A stretch of DNA of 64,000 nt from an uncultured Actinomycetota bacterium. Lineage in GTDB: Bacteria; Actinomycetota; Acidimicrobiia; Acidimicrobiales; RAAP-2. The DNA lies in the NCBI GenBank assembly GCA_963715855.1, contig OY970279.1, forward strand, positions 1,856,363 to 1,920,362, written 5' to 3'. Under the pieces are notes generated by a model, which was not told the DNA's origin, did not search any database, and saw nothing but the letters and a program-made list of their open reading frames with translations. Both the position numbers and the translations under genes were made by a program. Below are positions 20,203 through 30,160 of the stretch, piece after piece. How positions within the stretch are numbered: position 1 is the stretch's first letter; the number at the start of each line of letters is the position of its first letter.

Positions 20203-20783
20203 GCGACGTCGTCCTGGCGACGGCCAACCCGCACAAGGCTGCGGAGATGTCCGCGGTTCTCGCCGTGGCGGGCTTCACAGTTCTCCCACGTCCCGTCGAG
20301 GTGCCCGACGTTCCGGAGACAGCGGACACATTGGAAGGAAACGCCCTGCTCAAAGCTCGCGCCGTCAGCGAGGCCACTGGAATGGCGTCGGTCGCTGACG
20401 ACACTGGCCTCTTCGTTGACGCCCTCGACGGGCGCCCCGGCGTGCACAGCGCTCGGTACGCCGGCGAGACGGCGTCGGACGCCGACAACGTGGCCCGACT
20501 GCTCGGTGAACTGGCCGACGTGAAGTCGCCTCGACGAGCGCACTTTCGCACCGTCATTGTCGTGGCGTACCCCGACGGTACGCACGTCACTGTCGACGGC
20601 GAATTGGTCGGACAGATCATCGACGCACCGCGCGGCAGTGAAGGATTCGGCTACGACCCAGTATTCGAACCTGATGAGACGCCCGGTCGCACGTTGGCCG
20701 AACTCTCCGCCGAGGAAAAGAATCGCCGCTCGCACCGGGGTCGAGCCCTCGCCGCGCTCGCACGAATCGTTGCCGAGAAGTAG
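20199..20783 (+). CDS. rdgB: Non-canonical purine NTP pyrophosphatase (RdgB/HAM1)
   Basis: [32 protein letters not shown]. Confidence 0.94.
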   Translation: MSDVVLATANPHKAAEMSAVLAVAGFTVLPRPVEVPDVPETADTLEGNALLKARAVSEATGMASVADDTGLFVDALDGRPGVHSARYAGETASDADNVARLLGELADVKSPRRAHFRTVIVVAYPDGTHVTVDGELVGQIIDAPRGSEGFGYDPVFEPDETPGRTLAELSAEEKNRRSHRGRALAALARIVAEK

Positions 20784-20818
20784 TCGTTCACGCGCCGTTC
20801 ACCTTTAGGGTGGGGGGC

Positions 20819-21439
20819 GTGGGAGTCCGAGAGTTGCCGATGTTCCCCTTGGGCATGGTTGTTTTTCCCCACCAAGTCGTGGGACTGTGCGTCTTCGAGT
20901 CGCGCTACCAGCAGATGCTGTCGGACATCGAATCGGACCCCGTCTTCGGCACCTGTCTCATCGCGCGCGGCTCCGAGGTCGGCGGCGGAGACCAGCGCAC
21001 CGGCGTCGCCACCGTCGTGCACGTGATCGCCTCGCAGCCCCTGGACGACGACAAGACCTTGATGATGGTCGAAGGGACCCAGCGCGTCGAGATCTCCGAG
21101 TGGCTCGACGACGCTCCCTACCCGCGGGCGCGGGTCGACGATGCACCGCCGGAGGGAGACGCGGTCGACGCGCAGCTCCTGCGCTCGACCGAATCCGCCG
21201 TGCGCGCGTTACGCGCCATTCAGAGCGAGGTGGTGGCCGACCAGTGCCTCAAGAGCAACTGCGAGATGGACGAAGACCCATTGGTGCGTACGTGGCAGCT
21301 CTGCTCGATGGCCCCCATGCCGGTGTTCGATCAGTTCGCCGTGTTGAGTCTTCCGCGCACCAATGAACGGCTTCGACTGATCGCCGAGATCTGCTGCGAG
21401 CGATACGGCGACTACCAGCGCATCTTGGCGCTGGGCTGA
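20819..21439 (+). CDS. LON peptidase substrate-binding domain protein
   Basis: LPMFPL, FESRYQQM, GTCLIARGSEVGGG; GTG 20819 with TAGGGT 7 nt upstream. Confidence 0.82.
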   Translation: MGVRELPMFPLGMVVFPHQVVGLCVFESRYQQMLSDIESDPVFGTCLIARGSEVGGGDQRTGVATVVHVIASQPLDDDKTLMMVEGTQRVEISEWLDDAPYPRARVDDAPPEGDAVDAQLLRSTESAVRALRAIQSEVVADQCLKSNCEMDEDPLVRTWQLCSMAPMPVFDQFAVLSLPRTNERLRLIAEICCERYGDYQRILALG

Positions 21440-21811
21440 TCAGACCAACGCGACGAGATCCACGACGAAGATCAGAGTCTCGCCGGGCGCGATGACGCCA
21501 CCGGCGCCAGCGTTGCCGTAACCGAGGTGTGCCGGAATCACGAGGCGCCGACGACCGCCGACGCGCATTCCGACCACGCCCTGGTCCCAACCGGCGATGA
21601 CGTAGCCAGCGCCGAGGGGAAAGCTGAAGGTGTCGCCGCGATTCCACGACGCGTCGAACTCCTCTCCGCTCGACGCCGCGACGCCGACGTAGTGCACGAC
21701 CGCGGTCTGACCCTTGGTCGCTTCGTCGCCGGTGCCGACGATGATCTCCTCGATGACGAGGTCGTCCGGCGCCGGGCCGACGTGCGGCTCGACGAGGGGC
21801 TTGTCAGTCAC
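21440..21811 (-). CDS. FKBP-type peptidyl-prolyl cis-trans isomerase
   Basis: VHYVG, FDASWNRG, VIAGWDQG, GGRRRLVIPAHLGYG. Confidence 0.95.
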   Translation of the reverse strand: MTDKPLVEPHVGPAPDDLVIEEIIVGTGDEATKGQTAVVHYVGVAASSGEEFDASWNRGDTFSFPLGAGYVIAGWDQGVVGMRVGGRRRLVIPAHLGYGNAGAGGVIAPGETLIFVVDLVALV

Positions 21812-21820
21812 GAGTCGACT

Positions 21821-23365
21821 CTATCGACGACGCGTGCCACTGCCCACGACGCGCACGTTGCGAGCCTCGCGTCCCTTGGGACCGCTGGCCTCTTCGAACG
21901 CGATGGTCTGGCCTTGGGCGAGCGACTTGAACCCGTCGCCCTGGATGCTCGAGAAGTGGATGAACAGGTCGTCACCCTTGGCGTCCACGGCGAAGCCGTA
22001 ACCCTTGGAGTCGTTGAAGAAGCTCACGACCGCTTCGCCCGGACGACTCGACGGTCGTGTCTGGTCGACGGTGTTGACCCGACTGTGCGGCGCGCGGCGC
22101 TGCTCGCGCGCGACGGGCGGACGACGCTCACGCGTGAATCGGCTGCGCTCGGTGGGCGCGGTGCGTCGTGCCGGGGGAGCGGTGCGCCGCGCGGGGGCAT
22201 CGACCAATGGCGTCGACGCCTCGGCGTCGTCGACGGCGCCCAGGCGCTGCGCGGTCGCTGACTCGCGCGGCTCGATCGAAGCGGGCAGACCCAGGGTGCG
22301 CTGGAGGCGCTTGACCGCACCCAGGGTGTCCTCGGTCACCAGGGAGATGACCACACCGGAGGCTCCGGCGCGACCGGTACGCCCAGAACGGTGCAGGTAG
22401 TCAATGGCCTGGGCCGGCGGGTCGAAGTGAACGACGACGGGTAGTCCTTCCATGTGGATCCCGCGGGCGGCAACGTCCGTTGCCACGAGCACGCTGGTGC
22501 GACCGTCCTTGACGGCGCCGAGCGCACGCTCGCGCTGAGCCTGGGAACGGTCACCGTGCAGGGCCACCGCGCTCACGCCGCGATCGTGCAGCTGGCGAAC
22601 CAGACGATCCGCGCCGTGCTTGGTTCGCGAAAAAACGAGGGCTCGTCCGTGTTCGCCGACGATGTCGGCGACCATCTGGGGACGCTCCTCACGCGCCACG
22701 CGCCAAAAGAAGTGGTCGACGTCGCTCGGGGACTCTTCGTCGACGACGTCATGGACCGCGGCGTTCGTGGTAAAGGAACGCACCAACGAGGCAACGTCCG
22801 GTCCCATGGTCGCCGAGAAGAGCATCACGTGGCGGTCGCGGTTCGTGGCGCCGATCAGTCGACGCACGGCGGGCAGGAAGCCCATGTCGGCCATGCGGTC
22901 GGCCTCGTCGACGACGACGGTGGTCACCGCGCCGAGGTCCAGTGCACCCTGTTCGAGCATGTCTTCGAGCCGACCGGGGCAGGCCACGACGACGTCAACG
23001 CCGTGGTTGAGGGCCTTGCGCGCGACGCTGTAGGAGGTACCTCCGTAGATGCAGATGACCCGGCGACCGTGGTCGCTGGTCAGCTGGGCGAGTTCCTTCT
23101 GGACCTGGGCGGCGAGCTCGCGCGTGGGCACGAGAACCAGGGCGTGGGGCTTGCGGGGCCGCGCCGGCTGGAGGCGAGCGATGAGGGGTAGACCGAAGGC
23201 TAGGGTCTTGCCCGAACCCGTCGCGGCCTTGCCAACGACGTCGCGGCCGGCCAGGGCGTCGGGTAGAGCGGCCTCTTGAATGGGGAACGCTTCGTGAATA
23301 CCGCGCGCGGCGAGGCGGTCCACCAGGCGTGCGGGCACGCCGAGGTCGGCAAAGGATACAGACAT
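21821..23365 (-). CDS. DEAD-box RNA helicase with C-terminal cold-shock domain
   Basis: ATGSGKT, PTRELAAQ, DEADRM, FSAT, HRSGRTGR; then FFNDSKGYGF (RNP1) and LFIHFSSI (RNP2) in the same frame; AGGAG RBS before ATG 23365. Confidence 0.92.
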   Translation of the reverse strand: MSVSFADLGVPARLVDRLAARGIHEAFPIQEAALPDALAGRDVVGKAATGSGKTLAFGLPLIARLQPARPRKPHALVLVPTRELAAQVQKELAQLTSDHGRRVICIYGGTSYSVARKALNHGVDVVVACPGRLEDMLEQGALDLGAVTTVVVDEADRMADMGFLPAVRRLIGATNRDRHVMLFSATMGPDVASLVRSFTTNAAVHDVVDEESPSDVDHFFWRVAREERPQMVADIVGEHGRALVFSRTKHGADRLVRQLHDRGVSAVALHGDRSQAQRERALGAVKDGRTSVLVATDVAARGIHMEGLPVVVHFDPPAQAIDYLHRSGRTGRAGASGVVISLVTEDTLGAVKRLQRTLGLPASIEPRESATAQRLGAVDDAEASTPLVDAPARRTAPPARRTAPTERSRFTRERRPPVAREQRRAPHSRVNTVDQTRPSSRPGEAVVSFFNDSKGYGFAVDAKGDDLFIHFSSIQGDGFKSLAQGQTIAFEEASGPKGREARNVRVVGSGTRRR

Positions 23366-23495
23366 TGAGACTCCTACGAGTTGAGCTGAGCCCAACCCGG
23401 AGCACAGTGCTCGAATCGGTCTCCGTCACGAATCGCGACGAAACAGCGTTTCCCACGCTAGCAGATGGCACGAAGCGGCCAAGCGACCCCCTTCG

Positions 23496-23574
23496 TGCGG
23501 GCGGCGGGATTCGAACCCACACTCCGAAGAACTGGTACCTAAAACCAGCGCGTCTACCATTCCGCCACGCCCGC
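23496..23574 (-). tRNA. tRNA-Leu(TAG)
   Basis: GCGGGCG acceptor stem, CTGGT-TTTAGGT-ACCAG anticodon arm, long variable arm, TTCGAAT T-loop; CCA not encoded. Confidence 0.96.
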
Positions 23575-23636
23575 CGGACATCGCAGTCTACGCGTCGAAG
23601 GCCGAAGAGCAAGGTAGCGCGCTGTAGATTGGGCGC

Positions 23637-24224
23637 ATGATTACCTCCTCCGTAGCCGACGGGATCGGCAACCCAGACCTCAACCAGCGACTGCTGCGCG
23701 AGCGCATCATCTTCCTTGGTTCCGTCGTGGACCAGGAGTCCGCCAACCGCATCTGCGCCGAGCTCCTGCTGCTCGAGGCCGAGGACCGCGAGCGCGACAT
23801 CAGCCTCTACATCAACTCGCCCGGCGGGTCCGTCATCGACGGCCTGGCCATCTACGACACCATGCAGTACGTCAACTGCGACATCCGCACGATCTGCGTG
23901 GGGATGGCGGCCTCGATGGGCCAGGTCCTGCTGTGTGCGGGCGCGCACGGCAAGCGCTTCTCGCTGCCCCACAGCCGGATCCTCATGCACCAGCCCTCCA
24001 TGGGCGGGATGCAGGGACAGGCGTCGGACATCGCCATCCAGGCCGAGCAGATCATCTACCTGAAGAAGATCGTGGCCGAGCGCATTGCCTTCCACACCGG
24101 ACAGGACGTCGACCGCATCGACGTCGACTCTGACCGTGATCGTTGGTTCACCGCGCAAGAGGCCGTGGAGTACGGCTTCATCGACGCCGTCATCGACCGC
24201 TCGGCAGTCCGCCAAGAGGCCTAG
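23637..24224 (+). CDS. clpP: ATP-dependent Clp protease proteolytic subunit
   Basis: [17 protein letters not shown] (Ser), MHQP (His), DRDRWF (Asp). Confidence 0.96.
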   Translation: MITSSVADGIGNPDLNQRLLRERIIFLGSVVDQESANRICAELLLLEAEDRERDISLYINSPGGSVIDGLAIYDTMQYVNCDIRTICVGMAASMGQVLLCAGAHGKRFSLPHSRILMHQPSMGGMQGQASDIAIQAEQIIYLKKIVAERIAFHTGQDVDRIDVDSDRDRWFTAQEAVEYGFIDAVIDRSAVRQEA

Positions 24225-25162
24225 TGACCGACCCGTCCCCGGCGCGGGTGGAGCGACGCTCGCTCGAGAACGCGCCGGTCCGGGTGGTCAGTGCGCGCGC
24301 CAGTCTGCCGGCGCGACTACGCAACCTCGCGTCACGCCGTGAGTTGCTGACCGGACTCATCTTCTCGGACATACGTATCAAGTACAAGGGGTCAGCCCTC
24401 GGCGTCTTCTGGTCGATGCTCTCACCGGCCTTCACGCTGGCCATCTACTTTTTGGTGTTCTCCGTCGTGTTGAAGAACGGCATTCCGAACTTCGTCGTCT
24501 ATCTGTTCTCGGGCCTGGTCGTGTGGAACCTCTTCATGACCGCGGTCGGTTCGGCGACCGGCGTCATCGTCGACCGCGCCGGACTCGTCAAGAAGGTCTC
24601 CTTCCCGCGCGAGATCCTGCCGCTCTCCAACGTCGGATCCTCCGTCATTTACTTCTTCATCCAGCTCGGCGTTTTCGCCGTGTTGCTCCTGGTGATCGGC
24701 CACGCGCCGGACTGGGGATTCATCTGGATCCTGCCCATCTCCTTCGTCGCGCTTTACCTGCTGACCGCGTCGGTGGCCGTGGTGATGTCGGCGGTGACGG
24801 TCTACATGCGCGACGTGCGGCACCTGATGGACGTGGTCCTGCAGCTGTGGTTCTGGCTGACGCCGGTGGTCTACTCCTACGAGCACTCCATTGCCGCGCC
24901 GCTGCACCGCCACGGGATCTCGGTGCTCTACTTCCTCAATCCGGTGACCCTGATCGTCCTGACATTCCAGCGATTCTTCTACGTGAGCACCACGGTGCGC
25001 TCGACCATCGCGCCGCACCCGATCTTGCAGATCCTGCCCACGTGGCCGATGTCGACCTACTTCTATCTGAACGTGGGTTTGGTCGGCATCATGCTGGTCC
25101 TCTTCCTGGTGGCTGAGTCGATCTTCGGCCGCCTCGAGGGCAACTTCGAATCGGAGCTGTAA
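24224..25162 (+). CDS. ABC-2 polysaccharide exporter permease (Wzm-like)
   Basis: IKYKGSALGVFWSML, KKVSFPREI, FWLTPVVY; GTG overlaps the clpP stop. Confidence 0.88.
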   Translation: MTDPSPARVERRSLENAPVRVVSARASLPARLRNLASRRELLTGLIFSDIRIKYKGSALGVFWSMLSPAFTLAIYFLVFSVVLKNGIPNFVVYLFSGLVVWNLFMTAVGSATGVIVDRAGLVKKVSFPREILPLSNVGSSVIYFFIQLGVFAVLLLVIGHAPDWGFIWILPISFVALYLLTASVAVVMSAVTVYMRDVRHLMDVVLQLWFWLTPVVYSYEHSIAAPLHRHGISVLYFLNPVTLIVLTFQRFFYVSTTVRSTIAPHPILQILPTWPMSTYFYLNVGLVGIMLVLFLVAESIFGRLEGNFESEL

Positions 25163-26313
25163 TGACCACCGTCATCGACGTGCGCGGTGTCTCCAAGCAG
25201 TTCAAGATCCACCACGAGCGTCACCAGACGTTGAAGGAGCGCTTGCTGCACCCGCGCGCCGGGTCGACCGAGGTGTTCAGCGCCCTCAGTGACGTGAACT
25301 TCACCGTCGGCGACGGTGAGACCATCGGCATCCTGGGCCAGAACGGTTCGGGTAAGTCGACGCTGCTCAAGTGCATCTGCGGCGTCTTGCAGCCCACCAC
25401 AGGTGAGATCCGGCTCCGCGGAAGCCTGGCCGCGCTGCTCGAGCTCGGCGCGGGCTTCCAGCCCGAACTCTCCGGTCGCGACAACGTCTACCTCTACGGC
25501 TCCATCCTCGGGTTCTCTCGGCGCATGGTCGACGGCATCTTCGACGACATCGTCGCGTTCAGTGAGCTCGACCAGTTCATCGACACCCAGGTCAAGTTCT
25601 ATTCGAGCGGCATGTACGTCCGGCTGGCCTTCGCCGTGGCAGTCAACGTCGACCCCGATGTCCTCGTCGTCGACGAGGTCTTGGCGGTGGGTGACGAGCG
25701 CTTCCAGGCCAAGTGTCTCGACCGGATCAGCCGTTTCCAGCAGGAGGGCCGCACGATCCTGCTGGTCACCCATAGCGCGGACACGGTCAAGGCGATCTGC
25801 GACTCGGCGATCGTGCTCGAGGGCGGTCGGCTCATCGCCAACGGTTCGGTGCAGGACTCGCTGCGGGTGTTTCGCGAGCACCTGCTGGGCGACGTCAGCG
25901 ACCGCGAGCACGCTGATGCCCCGCCGGGCATCAGCATCGACGCCCTCACCACGCCCTCGGGGTCCTTCGACGTGCGTAGCGGCGCGAGCCTCCACTTCGA
26001 CGTGGACATCACCGCCGAGGGCGCCGTCAGTGGGAACTTCGTGGTCGAAGTCTTCACGCGTGGCGGCATGCTGGTCTCGCGCAGCGACGCGAAAGGCGCC
26101 CCGGTCAACCTGAAGCCCGGTCACAATCGCGTGGGCGTCGACCTGGCGGAGATGCCGCTGCTCGACGGGGTCTACGACGTCAACGTGGGCGTGGTCGACC
26201 CGATGGGCAACACGGTCTACGCCTGGCGCGAACAGGCCGCGTCGATTCAGGTCCTCTACGACGGCCGCGAGGGTGGCATCGTCGAGCTGGGCGCCGCGAT
26301 CCGTCAGGCCTGA
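25162..26313 (+). CDS. ABC polysaccharide exporter ATPase with C-terminal Wzt_C-like domain
   Basis: GQNGSGKST, YSSGMYVRLAF, DEVLAVGD, extra C-terminal domain of about 140 aa. Confidence 0.9.
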   Translation: MTTVIDVRGVSKQFKIHHERHQTLKERLLHPRAGSTEVFSALSDVNFTVGDGETIGILGQNGSGKSTLLKCICGVLQPTTGEIRLRGSLAALLELGAGFQPELSGRDNVYLYGSILGFSRRMVDGIFDDIVAFSELDQFIDTQVKFYSSGMYVRLAFAVAVNVDPDVLVVDEVLAVGDERFQAKCLDRISRFQQEGRTILLVTHSADTVKAICDSAIVLEGGRLIANGSVQDSLRVFREHLLGDVSDREHADAPPGISIDALTTPSGSFDVRSGASLHFDVDITAEGAVSGNFVVEVFTRGGMLVSRSDAKGAPVNLKPGHNRVGVDLAEMPLLDGVYDVNVGVVDPMGNTVYAWREQAASIQVLYDGREGGIVELGAAIRQA

Positions 26314-26981
26314 ACTGCCCAGTCGGTGCCCAGGCGCGGGTAGCGCCGGAGTGCTCCCAAGGGACCCAGACGCCCGACGTCGAAGGGGTGGTCAGCGCTC
26401 GCCAGCAACCGTCGGTCGCCGCGAGAGTTGCCGTACGCGTAGACCTCGGGCGTGTCGTCGTAGTCGCGCTGACTGATCCACTCGCGTGTGCGGCGCAACT
26501 TCTCCTCACCGCGACAGTTGAGGCCGTCGTATCCGCCCGTCAGACGCCCCCCGGTGTCGACCGCCAAGCGCGTTCCGATCGCCCCGTCTGCCCCCAACTG
26601 CTCGGCGACGACGTCCACGTAGAGCTGCGGCGAGGCCGAGACGATGACCACGTCGTCGCCGCGTGCGCGGTGCCACTCGAGACGCGCGCTCACCTCGTTT
26701 CGACGGTGCGCGGCCAAATGAGCGAGGATGAAGAATCGCGACACCGCGGTGACCTGCTCGAGGTCACGACCCGCGAGGAGGGCTCGAAAGAGGCGCTCTT
26801 TTACCTGATCGGCGGTGGTTCCGCTGCGCACCGCACCGTTGACGAGGGGAACACACAGGCGCAGGGCAGCCTGGTACGCCACGCGGTCGCCGGCCACGAC
26901 GCGCAGCCAACGAAAGACGCTGCCGCCCGTGGTCAGGGTGCCGTCCAAATCGAAGGCGGCGACGACAGGGATGCGCTCCAT
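26304..26981 (-). CDS. HAD-IB family hydrolase
   Basis: AFDLDGTLT, IVSASP, NCRGEEK, AYGNSRGD. Confidence 0.88.
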   Translation of the reverse strand: MERIPVVAAFDLDGTLTTGGSVFRWLRVVAGDRVAYQAALRLCVPLVNGAVRSGTTADQVKERLFRALLAGRDLEQVTAVSRFFILAHLAAHRRNEVSARLEWHRARGDDVVIVSASPQLYVDVVAEQLGADGAIGTRLAVDTGGRLTGGYDGLNCRGEEKLRRTREWISQRDYDDTPEVYAYGNSRGDRRLLASADHPFDVGRLGPLGALRRYPRLGTDWAVQA

Positions 26982-27116
26982 CGGACCAGCATTCCAGCAA
27001 TCGTGTCGAGCGCGTGAGAAAACCTAGAACTCTGATGGGAATTAGCAGGATTGAAAATCGTCCCGTTAAGGTGTGGTCGTTCAGTCACGGGACTGACGAG
27101 CCAAAGGAGCAAGGAC

Positions 27117-27752
27117 ATGGCAGTTCGCCTCGGAGACGTAGCCCCCGACTTCACCGCCGAGACCACCGAAGGACCGATTTCGTTCCACGAGTGGCTAGGT
27201 GACGGCTGGGGAATCCTCTTCTCTCATCCCAAGGACTTCACGCCGGTGTGCACTACCGAACTGGGTGGCTTCGCCGCTCGCAAGGCCGAGTTCGACAAGC
27301 GCAACACCAAGATCATCGGACTGTCGGTCGATGACGTCGCCTCACACGAGAGGTGGAAGGGCGACATAGCCGAGACCCAGGGCTCGACGCTCAACTTTCC
27401 CCTGATCGGCGACGAGGAGCGCAAGGTCGCCGACCTCTACGACATGATCCACCCCAACGCCAACGACACCATGACGGTGCGCAGCGTCTTCATCATCGGG
27501 CCCGACAAGAAGGTCAAGCTCACGCTCACCTACCCGGCCTCGACCGGACGCAACATCGACGAGATCATCCGGGTGCTGGACTCACTGCAGTTGACCGCTG
27601 GCTACCAGGTGGCCACGCCGGTGAACTGGAAAGACGGAGAGGACGTCATCATCGTCACCGCGGTCAGCGACGAAGAGGCCAAGACCAAGTTCCCCAAGGG
27701 GTTCAAGAGCCTCAAGCCGTACCTGCGGATCACTCCCCAGCCCAACCGATAA
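27117..27752 (+). CDS. 1-Cys peroxiredoxin (Prx6 type)
   Basis: FSHPKDFTPVCTTE, YPASTGRN. Confidence 0.94.
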   Translation: MAVRLGDVAPDFTAETTEGPISFHEWLGDGWGILFSHPKDFTPVCTTELGGFAARKAEFDKRNTKIIGLSVDDVASHERWKGDIAETQGSTLNFPLIGDEERKVADLYDMIHPNANDTMTVRSVFIIGPDKKVKLTLTYPASTGRNIDEIIRVLDSLQLTAGYQVATPVNWKDGEDVIIVTAVSDEEAKTKFPKGFKSLKPYLRITPQPNR

Positions 27753-27763
27753 TTTCACGCCGA

Positions 27764-27787
27764 CGCGGTCGCCCTCGGGTGGCCGCG
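27764..27787. terminator. GC-rich hairpin between convergent prx and acyl-CoA ligase genes
   Basis: CGCGGTCGCCC-TC-GGGTGGCCGCG with G-T pairs. Confidence 0.5.
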
Positions 27788-27794
27788 CGGCGCG

Positions 27795-29555
27795 TCAGGG
27801 CGTTGCGCTTTCGAGAATCGACGCGCGCAGTTCGCGCTTGAGCACCTTGCCCTGCGGGTTGCGCGGCAGGGGCTCGGACCGGAAGTACAGCCGGGTCGGT
27901 ACTTCGTAGCGTGCGAGGCGCTCGGCCACGTGGCGCGCGATCTCCTCGGCCTCGATCGTCCGTCCCGGTCGCAGCACCACGACCGCAGCGACCTCCTCAC
28001 CGAGGATCGGATGCGGCAGACCCACCACCGCGCAGTCCGCAACGTCGGGGTGTTCGAAGATAGCGGCCTCAACCATGACCGAATACACGTTCTCACCACC
28101 TCGGATGATGACGTCCTTGGCGCGATCCACGATGTAGATGAATCCCTCATCGTCCACGCGCGCGATGTCGCCGGTGTGCAGCCAGCCCCGCGTGAAGGCC
28201 TGGGCGGTGGCCTCGGGCTTGTGCCAGTAGCCCTTGACGACGCTCGGGCCTTTGATCCACAGTTCGCCAACCACGTCGGGTCCGCACGGGTGATCGGGCG
28301 AGGGCTCGGCTCCCTCGAAACCCTCGGGCACGACCGCGACCTCGCACACCGGCACGGGTGGGCCGCAACTCGTTGGACGCTCCACGTAGTCCGGTCCGGT
28401 GTTGAGGGCGATGCCTGCCGAGGTCTCGGTCAGCCCGTAGCCGTTGCCGGGTTGGGCGCCCGGGAAGGCGGCGCGTATGCGTCGAACCAGCTCCGGCGGG
28501 GCGGGGGCCCCGCCGTAGGAGACGCTGCGTACCGAGGAGGTGTCGAACGCGGCGAAGTCGGGGTGATCGAGAATCTGCATCGCGATGGTCGGCACTCCGC
28601 CGAAGGACGTGACCCGCTCGTTCGCGATGAGCTCGAGCGCTTGGCGCGCGTCGAAGTGGTGGGTCATGACCAACTTGCCGCCGGCCGCCAGATTGACCAC
28701 CATGACGGCCAGACAACCGGTGGCGTGGAAGAGGGGCACGTTGAGTAAGAAGGAGTTCGGAAAACTCACGCCCTCGTCGTCGACGTTGCCGGTGGCGAAT
28801 CGCAGGGTGGCGCGTTGGCCGATGAAGAACATGTTCATCATGTTGGTGACGGCGTTGCGGTGAGTGCCCACGGCGCCCTTGGGGTGTCCGGTCGTACCCG
28901 AGGTGTAAAAGATCGTCGCCTCGCCGTCGGGATCGAGCGCGACGTCGGGCGGCGTCGCATCGGGAGCGACGTAGCCCACAAAGTCGTGGAAGTCCGCGAG
29001 CGCCACCCGATCCTCCGCTGCTCCGAGACGGGCCGTTCGGCCGGGCTCATCGGAGATGACAATGACGTGAGCCAGGTCGGGCAGTTCGTGGAGAAACGGT
29101 CGTAGGCGTTCCCAGCGCTCCTCATCGACGACGGCCACTCGGGTGCCCGAATCGACCAGTCCGTAGGTGAGTTCGTCGCCGGTCCACCACGCGTTGAGCG
29201 GCACCGCGATCGCCCCCACGGCGACCGTGCCCCAGAAGGCGATCACCCATTCAGGCAGGTTGCGCGCGATAATCGCGACGCGGTCACCCTTGGCGACACC
29301 GCGCTCAACGAGGCGCGTCGCGAACGTGGCGACGGCGCGGTAGTGCTCGTCGAACGTCCATCGCCGTCCCTCGTACACCAAGAAGTCGCGATTTCCGTGG
29401 GTGAGCGACAGATCCAGCAGCTGGCGAAGATTCGCCGGGGCGTGCTTCCACACGGACATCTCCACCCCGTTGACGTCGGCGCGGTCCGTCTCAAAGATCT
29501 GCCCGGGCGCCGTCATTTGCTCGGTGGCCTCGGTGATTGAGAGGGTTCCGCTCAC
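27795..29555 (-). CDS. Long-chain fatty acid-CoA ligase (AMP-binding family)
   Basis: YTSGTTGHPKG, GYGLTET, WLHTGD, NPQGKVLK. Confidence 0.93.
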   Translation of the reverse strand: MSGTLSITEATEQMTAPGQIFETDRADVNGVEMSVWKHAPANLRQLLDLSLTHGNRDFLVYEGRRWTFDEHYRAVATFATRLVERGVAKGDRVAIIARNLPEWVIAFWGTVAVGAIAVPLNAWWTGDELTYGLVDSGTRVAVVDEERWERLRPFLHELPDLAHVIVISDEPGRTARLGAAEDRVALADFHDFVGYVAPDATPPDVALDPDGEATIFYTSGTTGHPKGAVGTHRNAVTNMMNMFFIGQRATLRFATGNVDDEGVSFPNSFLLNVPLFHATGCLAVMVVNLAAGGKLVMTHHFDARQALELIANERVTSFGGVPTIAMQILDHPDFAAFDTSSVRSVSYGGAPAPPELVRRIRAAFPGAQPGNGYGLTETSAGIALNTGPDYVERPTSCGPPVPVCEVAVVPEGFEGAEPSPDHPCGPDVVGELWIKGPSVVKGYWHKPEATAQAFTRGWLHTGDIARVDDEGFIYIVDRAKDVIIRGGENVYSVMVEAAIFEHPDVADCAVVGLPHPILGEEVAAVVVLRPGRTIEAEEIARHVAERLARYEVPTRLYFRSEPLPRNPQGKVLKRELRASILESATP

Positions 29556-30112
29556 GTGGTGGGGTCAGCGCGGGACGGGGTAGGGGGGAAGAGTGTCTCG
29601 CGGTAATGGACCAACTCGGCGATCGACTCCTTGATGTCGTCCAGAGCCCGGTGCGCCGAGGCTTTTTCTGGCAGGCCCTCGAGGACCTGGGGATGCCAGC
29701 GGCGCGCCAGTTCCTTCACCGTCGAGACGTCCACGTTGCGATAGTGGAAGAACTCTTCGAGTTCGGGCATGTACTCCTGGAGGAATCGCCGGTCCGTCCC
29801 GATTGAGTTGCCGCACAGGGGCACCGAGCGCGCTTCGCCGATGTACTCCTTGAGGAAGTCGAGCGTCGCCTTTTGGGCCTCGGCCACGGAGATCTTCGAG
29901 GCCTTGACCGCTTTGACGAGGCCCGACTTCGTATGCATCGTCGTCACGACGTCGCCCATCTCCGCGAGCTGCTCGGGCGTGGCGTGCAGAACGAGATCGG
30001 GTCCTTCGGCGACGATATTGAGGTGGTCATCGGTGATGACCGTCGCGATTTCGACGATGACGTGACGCGACGGCTCGAGACCGGTCATTTCCAGGTCCAT
30101 CCACGCGAGCAC
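29552..30112 (-). CDS. orn: Oligoribonuclease
   Basis: WMDLEMTGL, PLCGNSIGTDRRFL, HYRNVDVSTVKEL, HRALDDI. Confidence 0.96.
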   Translation of the reverse strand: MLAWMDLEMTGLEPSRHVIVEIATVITDDHLNIVAEGPDLVLHATPEQLAEMGDVVTTMHTKSGLVKAVKASKISVAEAQKATLDFLKEYIGEARSVPLCGNSIGTDRRFLQEYMPELEEFFHYRNVDVSTVKELARRWHPQVLEGLPEKASAHRALDDIKESIAELVHYRETLFPPTPSRADPTT

Positions 30113-30160
30113 ATTGCGAGACTACTGAACGACTCTGAGGGCTGGAACTAGCCTTCCCCC

